A DNA stretch of 63,233 nt, the filler included, from Octopus bimaculoides (lineage: Eukaryota), in NCBI RefSeq assembly GCF_001194135.2. It is 4 parts of 3 records of this genome, joined end to end, with 100 filler letters (N's around TTAATTAATTAA, not from the genome) between each part and the next. Parts side by side here need not be neighbours in the genome. Positions count along the whole stretch, not along the records: positions 1 to 26,278 come from NC_068988.1; positions 26,379 to 57,628 come from NC_069006.1; 2 more parts are not named here. The stretch is one strand, 5' to 3'. A program made the position numbers and the translations under genes. Below are positions 12,870-26,554 of this stretch, piece by piece. Under the pieces are notes generated by a model that was given only the letters and a program-made list of their open reading frames with translations, searched no databases and was not told where the DNA came from. Every line of letters begins with the position of its first letter. Position 1 is the first letter of the stretch.

Positions 12870-14400
12870 ACCATACTTGTATGATCCGTTGTGGTTCTTG
12901 ACAAAATAACATACAATTGTCAACGTGCAAATAGAACAGTTGCAGGGTGGGGGCCGGGAGAACGAACCTATTTTATGCAGTGATAGACACTGAGATTTAT
13001 TTACTGTCACTCGAACTGGAAGAGGCAATAATCGTGGAAGGTTAAATGGCAGAATAGTGTCAGAAAATCTCAGGTTAATTCTTGGCACAATGACATGTTT
13101 TCCATAATGTTTTGCCAACTATAACAATGTCGCCTTCAATCATTGTTTAAAACCAATTAACCTTATTTCAATTTCGCAGTAACGTTGCAACACATCTCTT
13201 CTTCAAGGTCAGAATATATGAGAGCCTGCCACTAATTTCACTGCTGTTTATGAACTCCATTGGGTCATTGAAAAGATTGTCTTCATGGTATGAATCAGCG
13301 GCGCCTCATAATGTCCTCATTTACTGAATCAACAACAGCCTAGTTCCGGCTGAAAAGTTTGCAGTATTTAACGGGATACAAAAACAAGAATTTGATTTAT
13401 CATTTCGTGTTCAATCGTTATAACCTTAGCACCATTTGGAAGTTCAATCTTACCATAAAGGTTCCTCTCTTCACAAGTTTTTTCATGCAGTCATCGACTT
13501 GTCATAGTTTAAGCATAATGTTAACATCAATCTCACAGGTCTCGGAGGACTTATGAACACCATGAGTACTGTCACATTCTCTGGACTTTGTTATAAAGAA
13601 AATACACTAAATAGAAAATCAACCTAGTTGTAGTCCTCTTGATTCTGTGGTCGCACAATCGTGTTTCAGTTTCGTCACTTTTTTGAAATGAAGAATGGGT
13701 CATAACTATCTTCACAATAGCAGCTCAGTCAACTATCTTCTTGTTCCATTCCTCCTGTATTCTGTAACTTGATGATAATTTTAATATGTACCTGTAGATG
13801 CATTTTATGGATGCAGTAGCTGAATATATAATTAACCATCGGTTATTATGCATAAAAAATACTCTTCACCTATTGAGTGCTTGATTTACATTGGTTTAGT
13901 GAATGACCATCGATTCTCTCAGGCGCCTCTCTTGGATACTTTATCCCTTAACTAGCATCGTCTTGAGTCAGTGAGTGTTACATGGGAGCGGGTTGAATTA
14001 AACTTCAAAAAAGATTTCCAACATTTCTGGATCATTCTAAGCTCTGCAGAAACGAAACATATTCATATCATTTGCAATATAAGATTTATTTTATTGCTCC
14101 AAGATTACAGCATATGTGCATGTGGAAGACCTCTCTTTTGCAATTCAGAGAAGTAAATTAAACCTTTGACTTTTCTAATTATATTTTCTTTCATTATTTC
14201 TTTCAGTATGTTCTCTGCTTTAAATTAAATTCTCTGGTAATCAAGTCTTCCCGGTCCTTAGCATTTAGTTCCTCAAACTCTGAAAATATTCTGCCTTTAA
14301 TTCCCGCTGATTCTTTTGAACACACTGGAGTTGTCCTTCGACTTTTCAATAGCTTTTGACCATGTACTTTTGGGATAATTTTTCCCCTCAACGAAGCATT
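12870..14400 (-). mobile_element. Collapsed Helitron RepHel relic (Rep HUH motif plus PIF1-like helicase C-terminus)
   Basis: DREDLITREFNLK (about 14220), SELQKRGLPHAHML (14110-14150, HUH motif), NNRWLIIY, MEFINS...LTLKKRCVATLLRN, HVIVPRINL...LPF and TVNKSQ. Many stops and large deletions. Confidence 0.82.
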
Positions 14401-16155
14401 TTAAAATTGTTGATCTGGTGTATCGTCGTGTATGCATAATAGTTCACCTACATAATTTTTTAATTACTATTTATTTCCATAAGCATCATGTTCTAACCTT
14501 TTTCTCCTTTTGGGAGCATATAAAAAAAAGGGCATGACTTTTTAATTTGAACTTAGTTGGCAACATTGCTGCAAACATGTTTTCGTAAAACAGTGTCATG
14601 ATGATTCCACAACTGTTTTATGGATTCAGGTAGAGACATTACACTTCATATTAATGATCAGAACATTGTTGATTAAAACAAAATTACCCAACATATCTCT
14701 TGTGATACGAACATCAGAACAATAATAGAATATGATTTTCTTGACTTAGAAGAAAAAAAATAACATTCAATCTAATAGAAATTTTTTCATAGAAGAAAAA
14801 CCGTGTACAGAAAAGTAAATAAAAGGGGAAAGAAAATCTAAGGAAAGTATCGTAAACAAATATGAAAATATATCATATTTCTACAAAAGACCAATGCNNN
14901 NNNNNNNNNNNNNNNNNNNNNNNNNNNNNNNNNNNNNNNNNNNNNNNNNNNNNNNNNNNNNNNNNNNNNNNNNNNNNNNNNNNNNNNNNNNNNNNNNNNN
15001 NNNNNNNNNNNNNNNNNNNNNNNNNNNNNNNNNNNNNNNNNNNNNNNNNNNNNNNNNNNNNNNNNNNNNNNNNNNNNNNNNNNNNNNNNNNNNNNNNNNN
15101 NNNNNNNNNNNNNNNNNNNNNNNNNNNNNNNNNNNNNNNNNNNNNNNNNNNNNNNNNNNNNNNNNNNNNNNNNNNNNNNNNNNNNNNNNNNNNNNNNNNN
15201 NNNNNNNNNNNNNNNNNNNNNNNNNNNNNNNNNNNNNNNNNNNNNNNNNNNNNNNNNNNNNNNNNNNNNNNNNNNNNNNNNNNNNNNNNNNNNNNNNNNN
15301 NNNNNNNNNNNNNNNNNNNNNNNNNNNNNNNNNNNNNNNNNNNNNNNNNNNNNNNNNNNNNNNNNNNNNNNNNNNNNNNNNNNNNNNNNNNNNNNNNNNN
15401 NNNNNNNNNNNNNNNNNNNNNNNNNNNNNNNNNNNNNNNNNNNNNNNNNNNNNNNNNNNNNNNNNNNNNNNNNNNNNNNNNNNNNNNNNNNNNNNNNNNN
15501 NNNNNNNNNNNNNNNNNNNNNNNNNNNNNNNNNNNNNNNNNNNNNNNNNNNNNNNNNNNNNNNNNNNNNNNNNNNNNNNNNNNNCTCTCTCTCTCTCTCT
15601 CTCTCATAAAGACAAGGAAAACAGGATTGAAATAAATTCTTACCATTTTCAGTCGTGCCAAATAGCTTTTCTCAGATTCTTGAGATGGGTGTGGTAGTAT
15701 AGATTTAATGATTCTTTCTAAATTCTTTCTAAATATGGCAAAAGGGCAGCAATCTTGAGGGAATGCGCTCAGCTGGATCTCGGAAGAATGAAAGACAGAG
15801 TCGACCTTGGCAACGTTTATAAAAATGACTCCAACTAAATTACTTCAATCTTTTTATTGACTAAACTCTGAAATGCATACTCCCAACAAGCAACTTTCAA
15901 CCAATTAAATCATTCTTGACATCTGTTCTCAACATCTTACTGTATTGAACAGACAAAGACCAGCTAAACAATCTTTTTTCTCTCAGAAGAAAATCAACAA
16001 GAGTAAATTTGTTTTGCATTGTTCTTCCCATACTTATTGATATAATTACAGCGTGTGTTGCAGAACTGCATCAGAGTGGGTTGTTAATACCATGCTTCCA
16101 GTGAAGAATTTCTAACTTGTGGAGCATCTCTGTGCACAGCGGACATGTTGTTGTT

Positions 16156-16533
16156 TGCACTCCGTCGCTTACGACGTCGAGGGCTCCAGTTGGTCCGATC
16201 AACAGAACAGCCTGCTCGTGAAATTAACGTGCAAGTGGCTGTGCACTCCACAGACACGTGTACCCTTAATGTAGTTCTCGGGGAGATTCAGCGTGACACA
16301 GTATGACAAGGCTGACCCTTTGAATTACAGGCACAACAGAAACAGGAAGTAAGAGTGAGGGAAAGTTGTGGTGAGAGAGTACAGCAGGGTTCGCCACTAT
16401 CCCCTGCCGGAGCCTCGTGGAGCTTTAGGTGTTTTCGCTCAATAAACACTCACAACGCCCGGTCTGGGAATCGAAACCGCGATCCTATGACCGCGAGTCC
16501 GCTGCCCTAACCACTGGGCCATTGCGCCTCCAC
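16156..16533 (-). mobile_element. tRNA-derived SINE, family B (full length)
   Basis: Head ggcgcaatggcccagtggttagg...ggtttcgattccc and tail actggagccctcgacgtcgtaagcgacggagtgc. Related copies at 5357-5640(-), 30585-30858(+), 39089-39225(+), 39274-39505(+) and 46965-47097(+). Confidence 0.9.
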
Positions 16534-18357
16534 TCACAGCGGACATACATAGAGACATACGTACCTGTACTAATACAAATCAGTAGCAGTGATCGAAGTG
16601 AATATGAAAGAATAGTTCGTGTCTAATGCTTAAAGTATAAAGAGGAGAAAACAAAGAACTCTAATATATATGAGTATGTATGTATGCATGCATGCATGTA
16701 TGTTTGCATGTGTGCATGAATGTGTATGTGTATGCATTATGACTAACTCTAGAAAACATCTGGCAATATTAGATCTGTCGTTCAAGATGGAAGTAGTGTT
16801 GTACCATATATTTTTTTCTTTTCTTGGTATTTCCAGCATTAACGGATTTGTGTGGAGGGAAATGGTTGATCTTGTCGGTAAAGATGCTACAACGTAGAGC
16901 CTCGTTATAAAATACAACAGTACAGTTAAACGCTTCTTTGTTAAAAAATGTTCTAGAAATTCTTGGACTCATGTTTCTGCATTACTTTTTCAAAATAGTA
17001 GGGTAATGATACGAGTCATTGTGAATGTAACGCGTATAACTTCATCTGGTTTCCAGTAATGAATATAAATGTCTGAAGTATGATTAAGAACAATATCTAA
17101 AGAGGTTAACAACTATTATTGATAACTGCTGCACCTTTTAAGGTCAAAACTTCTAAAAGTATAAATTAACTTCGTCTTAAGTGTTTAATTGATAACCATT
17201 CTTATTGCAAGTTAATGAAAGACCATTGTATCCCTTAATACTCTTAATTCTATGAAATTAAATTCAGATGGCAAATTGTCAAAATAATAACCCTACAAGT
17301 TTGCAATTTTCAGCCCCAACAAGGCAGCCCAAAGGGACGCCGAAAATACGAGTCTTATACTTTACCCAAAAAGAAACTTCGAAAGCGAGATGGAATTTTC
17401 TGCCATACATATTGTCATCTATGCCTAGATCTGTAACGGTAGCGTATCTACATCCAAATTTCATAGTTTTTATTAAAAGTGTTACATTGAAAGAAGGATA
17501 AAACTCAATTACATCAAATTGTGTGAATTTACTGTCACGTTTGTCGTATAAAATGTCAAACCATTCTTCCAGTGACGAACTGTTGTTTCAAAAAGGAAGG
17601 TGGGTAGATAGCATAATTTTATCATTAATTGCTAACTCTAATTCCCTTTTAGACAGCATTTAAGATTAACTAAATTATGCTAACGGTCATTTTCACATCT
17701 ATTTTAATGAGCGGGACTAATTACTCTGCTTTGTTGTTAATGCTGTAGTACGTACTAGGGTCACTTTCTTTATACCACAACTTATCTGTTTTTAAGAAAA
17801 TATACATTTTATTTCATTTTTTTTATCGTTATACAATTTTATCCCAAACAAGGCTTGGTGTGTTGTAAGCGATAACATAAAAAGAAACGCTGGGGGCCTA
17901 CAAATTCTAAAGACGTCGATTAAAGAACAACTTGAACATCATAGACCAGAAGAAAACAAGACGACGGGAGTGAGTAACCGAGAACAGCAGTTCGAAGAAA
18001 GCAGACATGAGAATAAAGGAACTTAGTCGTAACAGGAAGCTCAAGAGAGAAATGATGCGACAAGGAAGAGAAGCGGGGTGATGCGTTCAAAGGTCTTGGC
18101 ATGAGATACTAGATCAGGAAGTTCATCGGAGCAAAAACTATAGAAATACTTATAGAAATGACACAATGAAAATACATTTCAGCGATCCAAAGAGCAGAAC
18201 CTAGTAGAAAATAACTGTCGATGTACGCGTAAAACCATAATTTTTATTATTATTTTATTATATATAATGTAATACATCGGCATAGGTTCATATGTACGTG
18301 TTTATACATACTTGAATGTATGTGTGTGTGTATGTGTGTTTGTGTGTGTGTGTGTAT

Positions 18358-18398
<41 letters not shown>

Positions 18399-18420
18399 TT
18401 TGTGTGTGTGTGTGTGTGTG

Positions 18421-18600
18421 TGCTGAAAAGTTCTTGGTATTAAGGGTATCGCGGTAGGCCTAGCAGGAGGCCCAAACTTCCGAGTTCTTTTACAGGGCTC
18501 AAAAAAGCTGAAGGAGCGCTGCCATAAGTGTGTGAATTTGAGAGGGGAGTATGTTGAATAAAATCATTTAACTGATCCGTCTGTATTTTCTTTACCCAAT
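18421..18600 (+). mobile_element. Mariner-derived non-autonomous fragment
   Basis: TIR remnant gtgctgaaaagttcttgg, followed by the mariner C-terminus KLKERCHKCVNLRGEYVE*. Confidence 0.65.
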
Positions 18601-18619
18601 GCATATATAATGTGCATGT

Positions 18620-19300
18620 ACAGAGTGTTCCAAAAGTCACTGATGGGTTTCAATTTCTAATAACTTCCTTAACTTTACAAATAAATGCATGAAATTTTGA
18701 TACAATGTAAAGGACATAAAGGAAATTTATATGCACAAGTCAAATTTTGCAACAGAACTACATCACATCTGAAAAATGACATCGCTTAAATGGCAACCAT
18801 TTTGGCTTCGCGCGTCTGTGCTCTTTCCAAAACTTGCACCATAACGCCCTCGAGAGTTTCAGACCCCACTTCTCTGATTTCTCTATTGGTGTTCTCCTTC
18901 AGTTGCACTAGGGTCTCCAGTTTGTTGACGTAAACCCTCTCTTTCAGGTATCCCCACAAAAAAAAAATCCGGATTAGTCAAGTCTGGGGAACGTGAAGGC
19001 CGTTCAAAGTAGACCTCACATATGGTTCCAGCAAGTTGGGGCAACTACTCATACCGCAACAGAAACAATACACTTGCTACGGCAGTGCTTTGGAGAGAGA
19101 ATAGTCTCCCATTACGGCAATGTCAACTGGCCTTCACGTTCCCCAGACTTGACTAGCCAGGATTTTTCTTGTGGGGTTACCTGAAAGAGAGGGTTTACGT
19201 CAATAAACCGGAGACCCTGGTGCAACTGAAGGAAAACATCAATAGAGAAATCAGAGAAGTGGGGCTTGAAGTTCTTGAGGGTGTTATGGTGCAAGTTTGG
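18620..19300. mobile_element. Rearranged DD41D Tc1/mariner 3' region with an internal inverted duplication
   Basis: TIR TA|cagagtgttccaaaagtc at 18620. Plus-strand WFQQVGATTHTA...WPSRSPDLTSQD has 41 residues between the catalytic positions. 18827-19001 is the reverse complement of 19129-19300. Confidence 0.85.
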
Positions 19301-19680
19301 GGCATCGCCTTGAAGGGTTTTTAGTCCGAGCGAATCGAGCCCAATACTCATTTAAGATTGGTCATTATTCTATCAGTTTCTTTGCCGAACTGCTAGATTC
19401 CGGGGACGTAAACAAACCAGTAACGGCTGCGAACAGGTCGGGAACAAACATAAACACAAACACACGCACACATACACGTGTATGTGCATGTGCGCGCGTG
19501 TTTTCCGTCTACCAAATTCACTCACAAAACAGTGGTCAATCGGTCGGCTCGGGGCTATAGCAGAAGATGCTTACCCAAGGTACCGCAAAGTGGGGCTGTC
19601 CCCTAAGTCATGTAGTTGCAAAGCATGCTTCTCAACCACGCCGCCATGCCACCGCCTGTTTGTTTGCTTGCTTGTTTGTT

Positions 19681-19721
<41 letters not shown>

Positions 19722-20251
19722 GCTGTTTTATTTCCCGATGCCATTTCACAGTTGAACAATAACCAAGAATGCAACAATAAAAGCAAGGGATTAAGCATTT
19801 GCAAAACCGAGTGCGCTTTCGACCTTTGTAAGAGGTCGCACGAACAGCCAAAACACGCTTAAATTACATCCTACTGACTCAGATGCATAATAAAAAAGTT
19901 TTTTTTCTTTTTTTTAAATCGGTGGAAGACACATTGGATAATAATGTTGGCAGAGGTACACTATATTTCCAGAGAAATACGAAATAGAATAGACGGGATG
20001 TTCATGACTGGAAATATTTCTGATCAAAAACCTGCTCGATTAAAGTCAACCGAGATAGAAGTTGCGCATCAAACAACAGCAACAGCAACAACAAAAACAA
20101 CCAAAGTTGCAACAACAACAACAACAACAACAGTAGCAGTAGCTGCAACATCAACAACGATAGCCAGCAGTGGTGACGGCAGCAACACTAAAATGTCGCA
20201 GACATTTCATTTCTCTTCATCTCATGAAACTATTTACATCAGCTAATACTA

Positions 20252-20286
<35 letters not shown>

Positions 20287-20583
20287 ACAATTATTACTGG
20301 TAATGCAATGGTGGGTCTTAACTACGTAGAAACACGGTGTATCTGGAAAAACGACAGCAGATCTTGTAGATGGCACACGATTGCTCCACCAGGTACTTCG
20401 ATGTCGTGGTGGGGAGAGAGGGCGAGGGAGGAGGAAGGAGGGCCCTCTGTCTGATCAAAGTTGAACCGGAGTTGAATGAACAATATCAAACACTACTACT
20501 ACTACTATTACTACAATACAACTACCACTGATATTACGATGGCAATAACTATTTAATGCTACTAGTACTACTATAAATACCAG

Positions 20584-20618
<35 letters not shown>

Positions 20619-21261
20619 TTACTATTCTATAAACAATGAACAGCAAAATCACTGGGTGTTTTTTTTTCTTTTTTCTTCACTCCTTTCATGGAATTTTGAC
20701 ATCTACGAATATTGTTGTTGTTTTTCTTCTCTTCCCACCCGCCACCACCACCTGCCACCCACCATCGCCAGTCATGATGTAGAATTTTAAACGATAAATA
20801 TAACCCCGACTACATTCCCATGGAACGAATAACAGTACTGGAGGGGTGAACAACAACATAATACATCAATAATAGTCACAAATTTCTTCACATTGTCAAC
20901 AATTAGAGCGTAAACAAAACAACAATTTTGTGACCAGCAATAGTCACAAAAATAATATGAAACAACGTTAACAAGTTAGGTCAATAAAGAGAAAGAGAGA
21001 GAGAACGAAAGAGCAAAGAGAGTGAGGAAGAGATGCTGTTGTTTAGCCAGAGATCAATACTCTGATCGAGGATGCTTGAACCGTGACCGTTCCGCACTGT
21101 ATAGTTATGATTCTTGTTACATATGTTACATATGAAGGAGATGTTGCTGCTATTTCTAGCAGGTTGAACGACTACGCAACAGCTCCCTGTTTGTACGTAA
21201 ACAAAGTTAAGTTTTTTGGGAGTTTCGAATGGTTATTCATAGATAGAATAAAATGTAATAA

Positions 21262-21320
<59 letters not shown>

Positions 21321-23244
21321 TGTGTCTGTCTGTCTGTGTGCATATATACATACACACACACACACACATACATGCATATATGAATAGTTTACTGTTCCGT
21401 TAAGGTAAGATAAACAAAAAAAAGTACTCCATCCATGAGATAAATATTTTATGTACACCGTATTAAAGAAAGAGCTACATACACACACACACACACACAC
21501 ACACNNNNNNNNNNNNNNNNNNNNNNNNNNNNNNNNNNNNNNNNNNNNNNNNNNNNNNNNNNNNNNNNNNNNNNNNNNNNNNNNNNNNNNNNNNATATAT
21601 ATATATATATACATGCGGTGTTAAGCACTCATTTAGTCATAAAGATTGGGTGCTTGTGTGTATTTAGACAGACAGACAGATCGATCGAGACAGATCGACA
21701 GGCAGACAGGCATCAAGCTTAGAACATCAACAGGCAACGATAGTTGAACATTCGTTAGAATTACGTTCAAAGAAAAGTTTTTTTTTCAAAAATAGTTTGC
21801 AGAAAATAAGTCAATAGAGTTTTTACCTTGTAAAGTAGAAAGCAGGGCAGTTGTTTATAAATTAACCTCAGTGATTTATTATATATATCTATATATAAAT
21901 GTGTATATATCCTCTCGATTGGGAAGAGCTGAAAACGTGCACTTCGCAAATATTATAATGTAAAAATACTAACAAGCGGCGGCGACCCATCCCTCACACA
22001 TCCAAAACAAATAAATAAATAAGTAGAAGAGAAGACAGAACGATAAATTCTAGCGTTGCTGGCTGTAAAGAGAGAGTGAAGAAGGATGAGGAGATGAAAA
22101 GGAGGAGGGGGTGGAAAAAAAAGAAGCGAGTGAAGGGAAGAAGTTGTTATGACTAACCAGGAGCCCGATTGTTTGACTGGCTTTTATGTTGTTTTTTTTT
22201 TGTTTTTTTTTTACTTTACTGCTTCTGAAAAAGGGAACAGGTGATGGGGGTTTACCGGAAAACGTGCGCGCGTGTGCGCATGTGCGTGTGTGCATATGTG
22301 CGCGCGTGCGTGTGTGTGAGTGTATTGTACGTGTATGCGCACTCAGACACATGCGACATATATATATATGTGTGTGNNNNNNNNNNNNNNNNNNNNNNNN
22401 NNNNNNNNNNNNNNNNNNNNNNNNNNNNNNNNNNNNNNNNNNNNNNNNNNNNNNNNNNNNNNNNNNNNNNNNNNNNNNNNNNNNNNNNNNNNNNNNNNNN
22501 NNNNNNNNNNNNNNNNNNNNNNNNNNNNNNNNNNNNNNNNNNNNNNNNNNNNNNNNNNNNNNNNNNNNNNNNNNNNNNNNNNNNNNNNNNNNNNNNNNNN
22601 NNNNNNNNNNNNNNNNNNNNNNNNNNNNNNNNNNNNNATATATATATATATATATATATAAGCATACGTACATACTACATACATACTTATCAGTATATAT
22701 GTTTATATTATATACATGATGTATATATGTAGAGGAATAAGTATGTCTGTATATATGCATGTGTGTGAATGTCTGTATTCGACCATATACGCGCATACAT
22801 GCATATGTACATCTCTATACTTATTTGGGTATGCGTATCCGTGTGCATATTTGCGTGTGCGTACGTATGTATACGTATGTGTATGCGTGTGCGACAGAGA
22901 AAGAAAGAGAGAGGGTTGTATTCCTCAGTTGACTCTATAGAGTGGATGAACTCATTTGTATTGCCTACATTGTCCAACTTCAATCAACTGATCTTATAGA
23001 AGTTACCTCCCTTGCTTATTATTTTTTTTTCATTTTAAGAACCACTTAGATAAAAAAAAAATTTGTAAACTAATTCTTTGATTACTCATTGTTGATCGAA
23101 TTTTTTCAACCTGCTGTTTTAAATACGTGAGACTGCCTTATTTATATTGATTATGCAGAAAATGTTTCTCACAGAATTTTCCTTCAGCATATGTTACAAA
23201 ATTATCACAGGCAATAAAAAAAATGAAGATGACGTCTGAAGCTT

Positions 23245-24144
23245 ACAGCAGGACCTGAATTTGACATACAGGTGGACCGAAATAAACAAGATGCAGTTTA
23301 ATGCTGGAAAATTTCAAGCACTGCACTATCAACTCACGAATGCACTAGAGCCTGCATATACAAGACTCGAAGGCAATACAATCCCAGATTCACAGGCATT
23401 GAAAGACTTGGTGATCAGTAAATGCAATGAAGCATCATTTTATTTGCACATTAACAAGATAGCAGCAAAGTGCAAACAACTGACAGGATGGATACTGAAG
23501 TCCTTCAAGACAAAAGACCAAGAAACTATGTTGACCCTGTGGAGAACCTTTGTTCTCAGTTGCCTGGACTACTGCTCCCGGTTATGGTCAACACATAGTG
23601 CCAAACTAACAGCAGAGCTTGAAGTAGTCCAACGTCACTATACTAAAAAGATTGAAACAGTGCAGCGGATGAGCTGAGAAAACAGCAACTTTACTCCCTG
23701 GAGCGAAGGCGTGAAAGATATGCAATAATCTACATTTGGAAAACTCTAGAAGGGCTAGTACCTAATTTCGGCATTGTGTGTTATACGAATGCCAGAACTG
23801 GCCACCATTGTATTGTACCAAAGGTACCATCCATTCCGTCTAAATTCAGGACTAGGTACTGCAATAGTCTAGGGTTCGAAGGCCGACAGCTCTTCAATGC
23901 CCTGCCACAAAAATTAAGAAATCTGCATAAGGTGGAAGTAGATGTCCTCAAAAAGGAACTAGACCTCCTCCTCTCCACAATACCAGACGAACCAACAGCC
24001 CGCCATGAGGTGCAGACGAGGGCAGCAGAATCAAACTCCGTTATACACCAAACGGGTCAAGAGCTTGGACAAAGGCACGTATAGGAGTGGTGATATGAAA
24101 CACCCCAGACTGAGGAAGTCAGAAAGACCACGGTGGTGCTCCAG
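23245..24144 (+). mobile_element. 5'-truncated CR1-type LINE (ORF2 C-terminus and 3' UTR)
   Basis: QQDLN..YRW..NKMQFNAGKFQ, GWILKSF, LDYCSRLWS, VQRHYTK, LYSLERRRERYAII, QLFNALP and LDLLLSTIPDEP; frameshifted. Confidence 0.9.
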
Positions 24145-24257
24145 GTATTTACCTGAATAGCAGAAGTGACATGTTTAATCTTTGCCCACATAAAAGGAAG
24201 TATATCCTATCATACCTGCGTGTCCCATCATGACTACAACCAGCAGTCCCCCAGCCA

Positions 24258-26050
24258 GGGTTGCCTCGGCATATTTTTCTAAACCAAATTTCATGTTTAT
24301 TTCTTTAGTAAATCCATGTACTGTCTGTAGTAATGTTTCCAGCTGTTTATCATTTGTAGCCTACAGTTTTAGGTCATCCATATATAAGAGGTAGCTGATT
24401 GTTTTGCTGTAACCATTGTATCCACATCCAGTTCTGTTTAGCATGTCAGATAAAGGTGTCAGTGCCAAGCAGAAAAGGAGTGGAGAGAGCGTGTCACCCT
24501 GGAATATTCCTCTTCTAATGATGATAGCTTTGGTTTTTATGAGTCCCACTTTTGTCTGGAGCTGTAGCACTGTTTGCCATTTATTCATGGAATGTGTTAT
24601 ATATTTTATGATTATTGGTGTTACCTTGTTCATCGCTAGTGTTTCTAGGATCCATGTATGGGGAATACTATCAAAAGCCTTTCGGTAATCGTTCCAGGCC
24701 ATACTTAGACCTTTCTTCTTGCTGCAGCTGTCTTCGGTTGTGACTTTATTGATCAATAGCTGATCTTTACAGCCGTATGAGCTCTTGTAGCATCCCTTCT
24801 GCTCTTCTGGAAACAGGTAGTTTTCTTCCAGATGTTTGCCCATTCTCTGTGATATTATTGCAGTAAAGGCTTTGTAAATTATAGCGAGACAAGATATCGG
24901 TCTGTAATTTTGTAGGTTTGCCGTGTCAGCAGATTTAGGAATTATGATAGTTTTCCATTCCGTGAGCCATTCAGGCATTGTCTCTGGCTCTGCTAAATTT
25001 CTTAGCCAGTGTTTTATATATTCCTATTAGATATTTTAACCAGAAGTTGAGGATCTTGTCGTGCCCGGGTGCCTTCCAGTTGTTTAGTTTTTACAGTGCC
25101 ATGGTAACCTTTTCAGTCGTTATAGGAGTCCAGAGTTGTTTAGGTACTGTGTTTCTTATTTTGATAGATCTTTTCTGAGGTTGTTCCTTCGCCGATTATA
25201 TTTCTTTCAAAATTCTTCCATTTCCTCTGCTGTTGATATCTTATTTTATTTTTACCAAGTTCTTGTAAGACTCTTTTGAGGTTGGAGTTGAACTGTTTGT
25301 TTTGTTCAAAGAAACATTGGCGTTTCTCATACCGGTGGATTCTTTGTGCTCTGGCGAGGATATCTTGCTTTAGCTGTTCTTTTACCCCAGGTATACCTTG
25401 TTCTGTAATTTTGTATTTACGTAGTATTTTTTCTCTTCGTGTCACCTAGTTACAGATCCTTTCTTTTATTTTTTTTTTTTCTGGATATTAATTATCCACA
25501 GAATTTGTTTGGGTGTTGATACTCCTGTTTGCATGGGTTTGAGGTGGGTATCCAGCTTCTTTCATAGCCACAGAAGCTGCTGCATATATTATATCATTTA
25601 ACCAGGTCATGTTGACATTTGTTTATGTGGCTATTATTTCTGTGACGGCCAGGTTCATGCTATTTATTATTGATGTTGTTTTAGTATCAATTTCAATTTT
25701 GGAGAATTACAATCAGTGGTCCATACTGAGATCTATAGCTTTCAATTCTTTGACTATACTCATTTTCAGAGTCTCATAATCATTAATTCCGCCTCCACTG
25801 TTTCCAGGTTTTAGATTTGTTTCGTATTCCCTACCGTTCGTATTTTTGTCTTTGGTGTTCTGGTTTGATGCATTCTGCTCATCATCGTGCATTCTTACGG
25901 TTTGGGTTTGTTGTCTTTCGTTGCTTACTACGTTTTTGTTGGACATGCTACGTCTGCCTTCGTATTTTACTGTCCCAGTGCTAACGATAGTATTTGGCAT
26001 TGCTGTGTGGTCACTATCTACGTTTTCTTGATCTATTTTCCTTTTAACTG
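24258..26050 (-). mobile_element. R4/Dong-like (RLE group) non-LTR retrotransposon, N-terminal and RT region, 3' half missing
   Basis: ORF 24361-24978: NYRPISCL, EEQKGC...GCKDQLLINK, AWNDYRKAFDSIPH, RRGIFQGDTLSPLLF and LLYMDDLKL, then *ATNDKQLETLLQTVHGFTKEINMKFGLEK. Upstream frames include RIHRYEKRQ. Confidence 0.88.
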
Positions 26051-26278
26051 CTCTATTTCTATTTCTATTTCTATTTTCAGCAAAACTTAAATCAGAAAGT
26101 GTATAATCGTGTGTGTGTGTGCGTGTGTGCGTGCGTGCGTGCGTGCGTGCGTGCGTGTGTGTGTGTGTGTATGTGTGCGTTTATGGAGAAGATGCATGTA
26201 TCTAGAAACGTGCGTGTGTCTGCGTATTTCAGACAAACATTTTCAATAAAACTTAAATCAGAAAGTGTGTGTGTGTGT

Positions 26279-26378
26279 NNNNNNNNNNNNNNNNNNNNNN
26301 NNNNNNNNNNNNNNNNNNNNNNTTAATTAATTAANNNNNNNNNNNNNNNNNNNNNNNNNNNNNNNNNNNNNNNNNNNN
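26279..26378. other. Artificial scaffold-join linker
   Basis: Exactly 44 N + TTAATTAATTAA + 44 N. Confidence 0.95.
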
Positions 26379-26554
26379 TTTATAAAATTTCAGTTCCGGT
26401 TTCGGTTCCGGTTTCGGTTATTGAGACTGTTTCAACTGTATGGAAAATAATTAATATGAACAGCAGTTTGCAATGTTTCACCAAAAATGAGAATTACAAG
26501 TGTCACTAAATGCATCTAGGGTGTTAGAAAACACCAACATTGCTAGAAATAAGA

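Noticed and set aside
16460-16533. Functional tRNA gene
   Set aside because: A and B boxes are present but there is no acceptor-stem closure; the sequence continues as a SINE body, and the anticodon region varies between copies.
19571-20454. Poly-Q, poly-T and poly-A ORFs
   Set aside because: Trinucleotide microsatellites with no recognisable domain.
26082-26268. 21-bp direct repeat as a target-site duplication
   Set aside because: It encloses only microsatellite and lies at a scaffold end; local duplication or assembly overlap is more likely.
26323-26334. TTAA repeats as piggyBac target sites or a biological motif
   Set aside because: Identical N padding at three places indicates an artificial linker.
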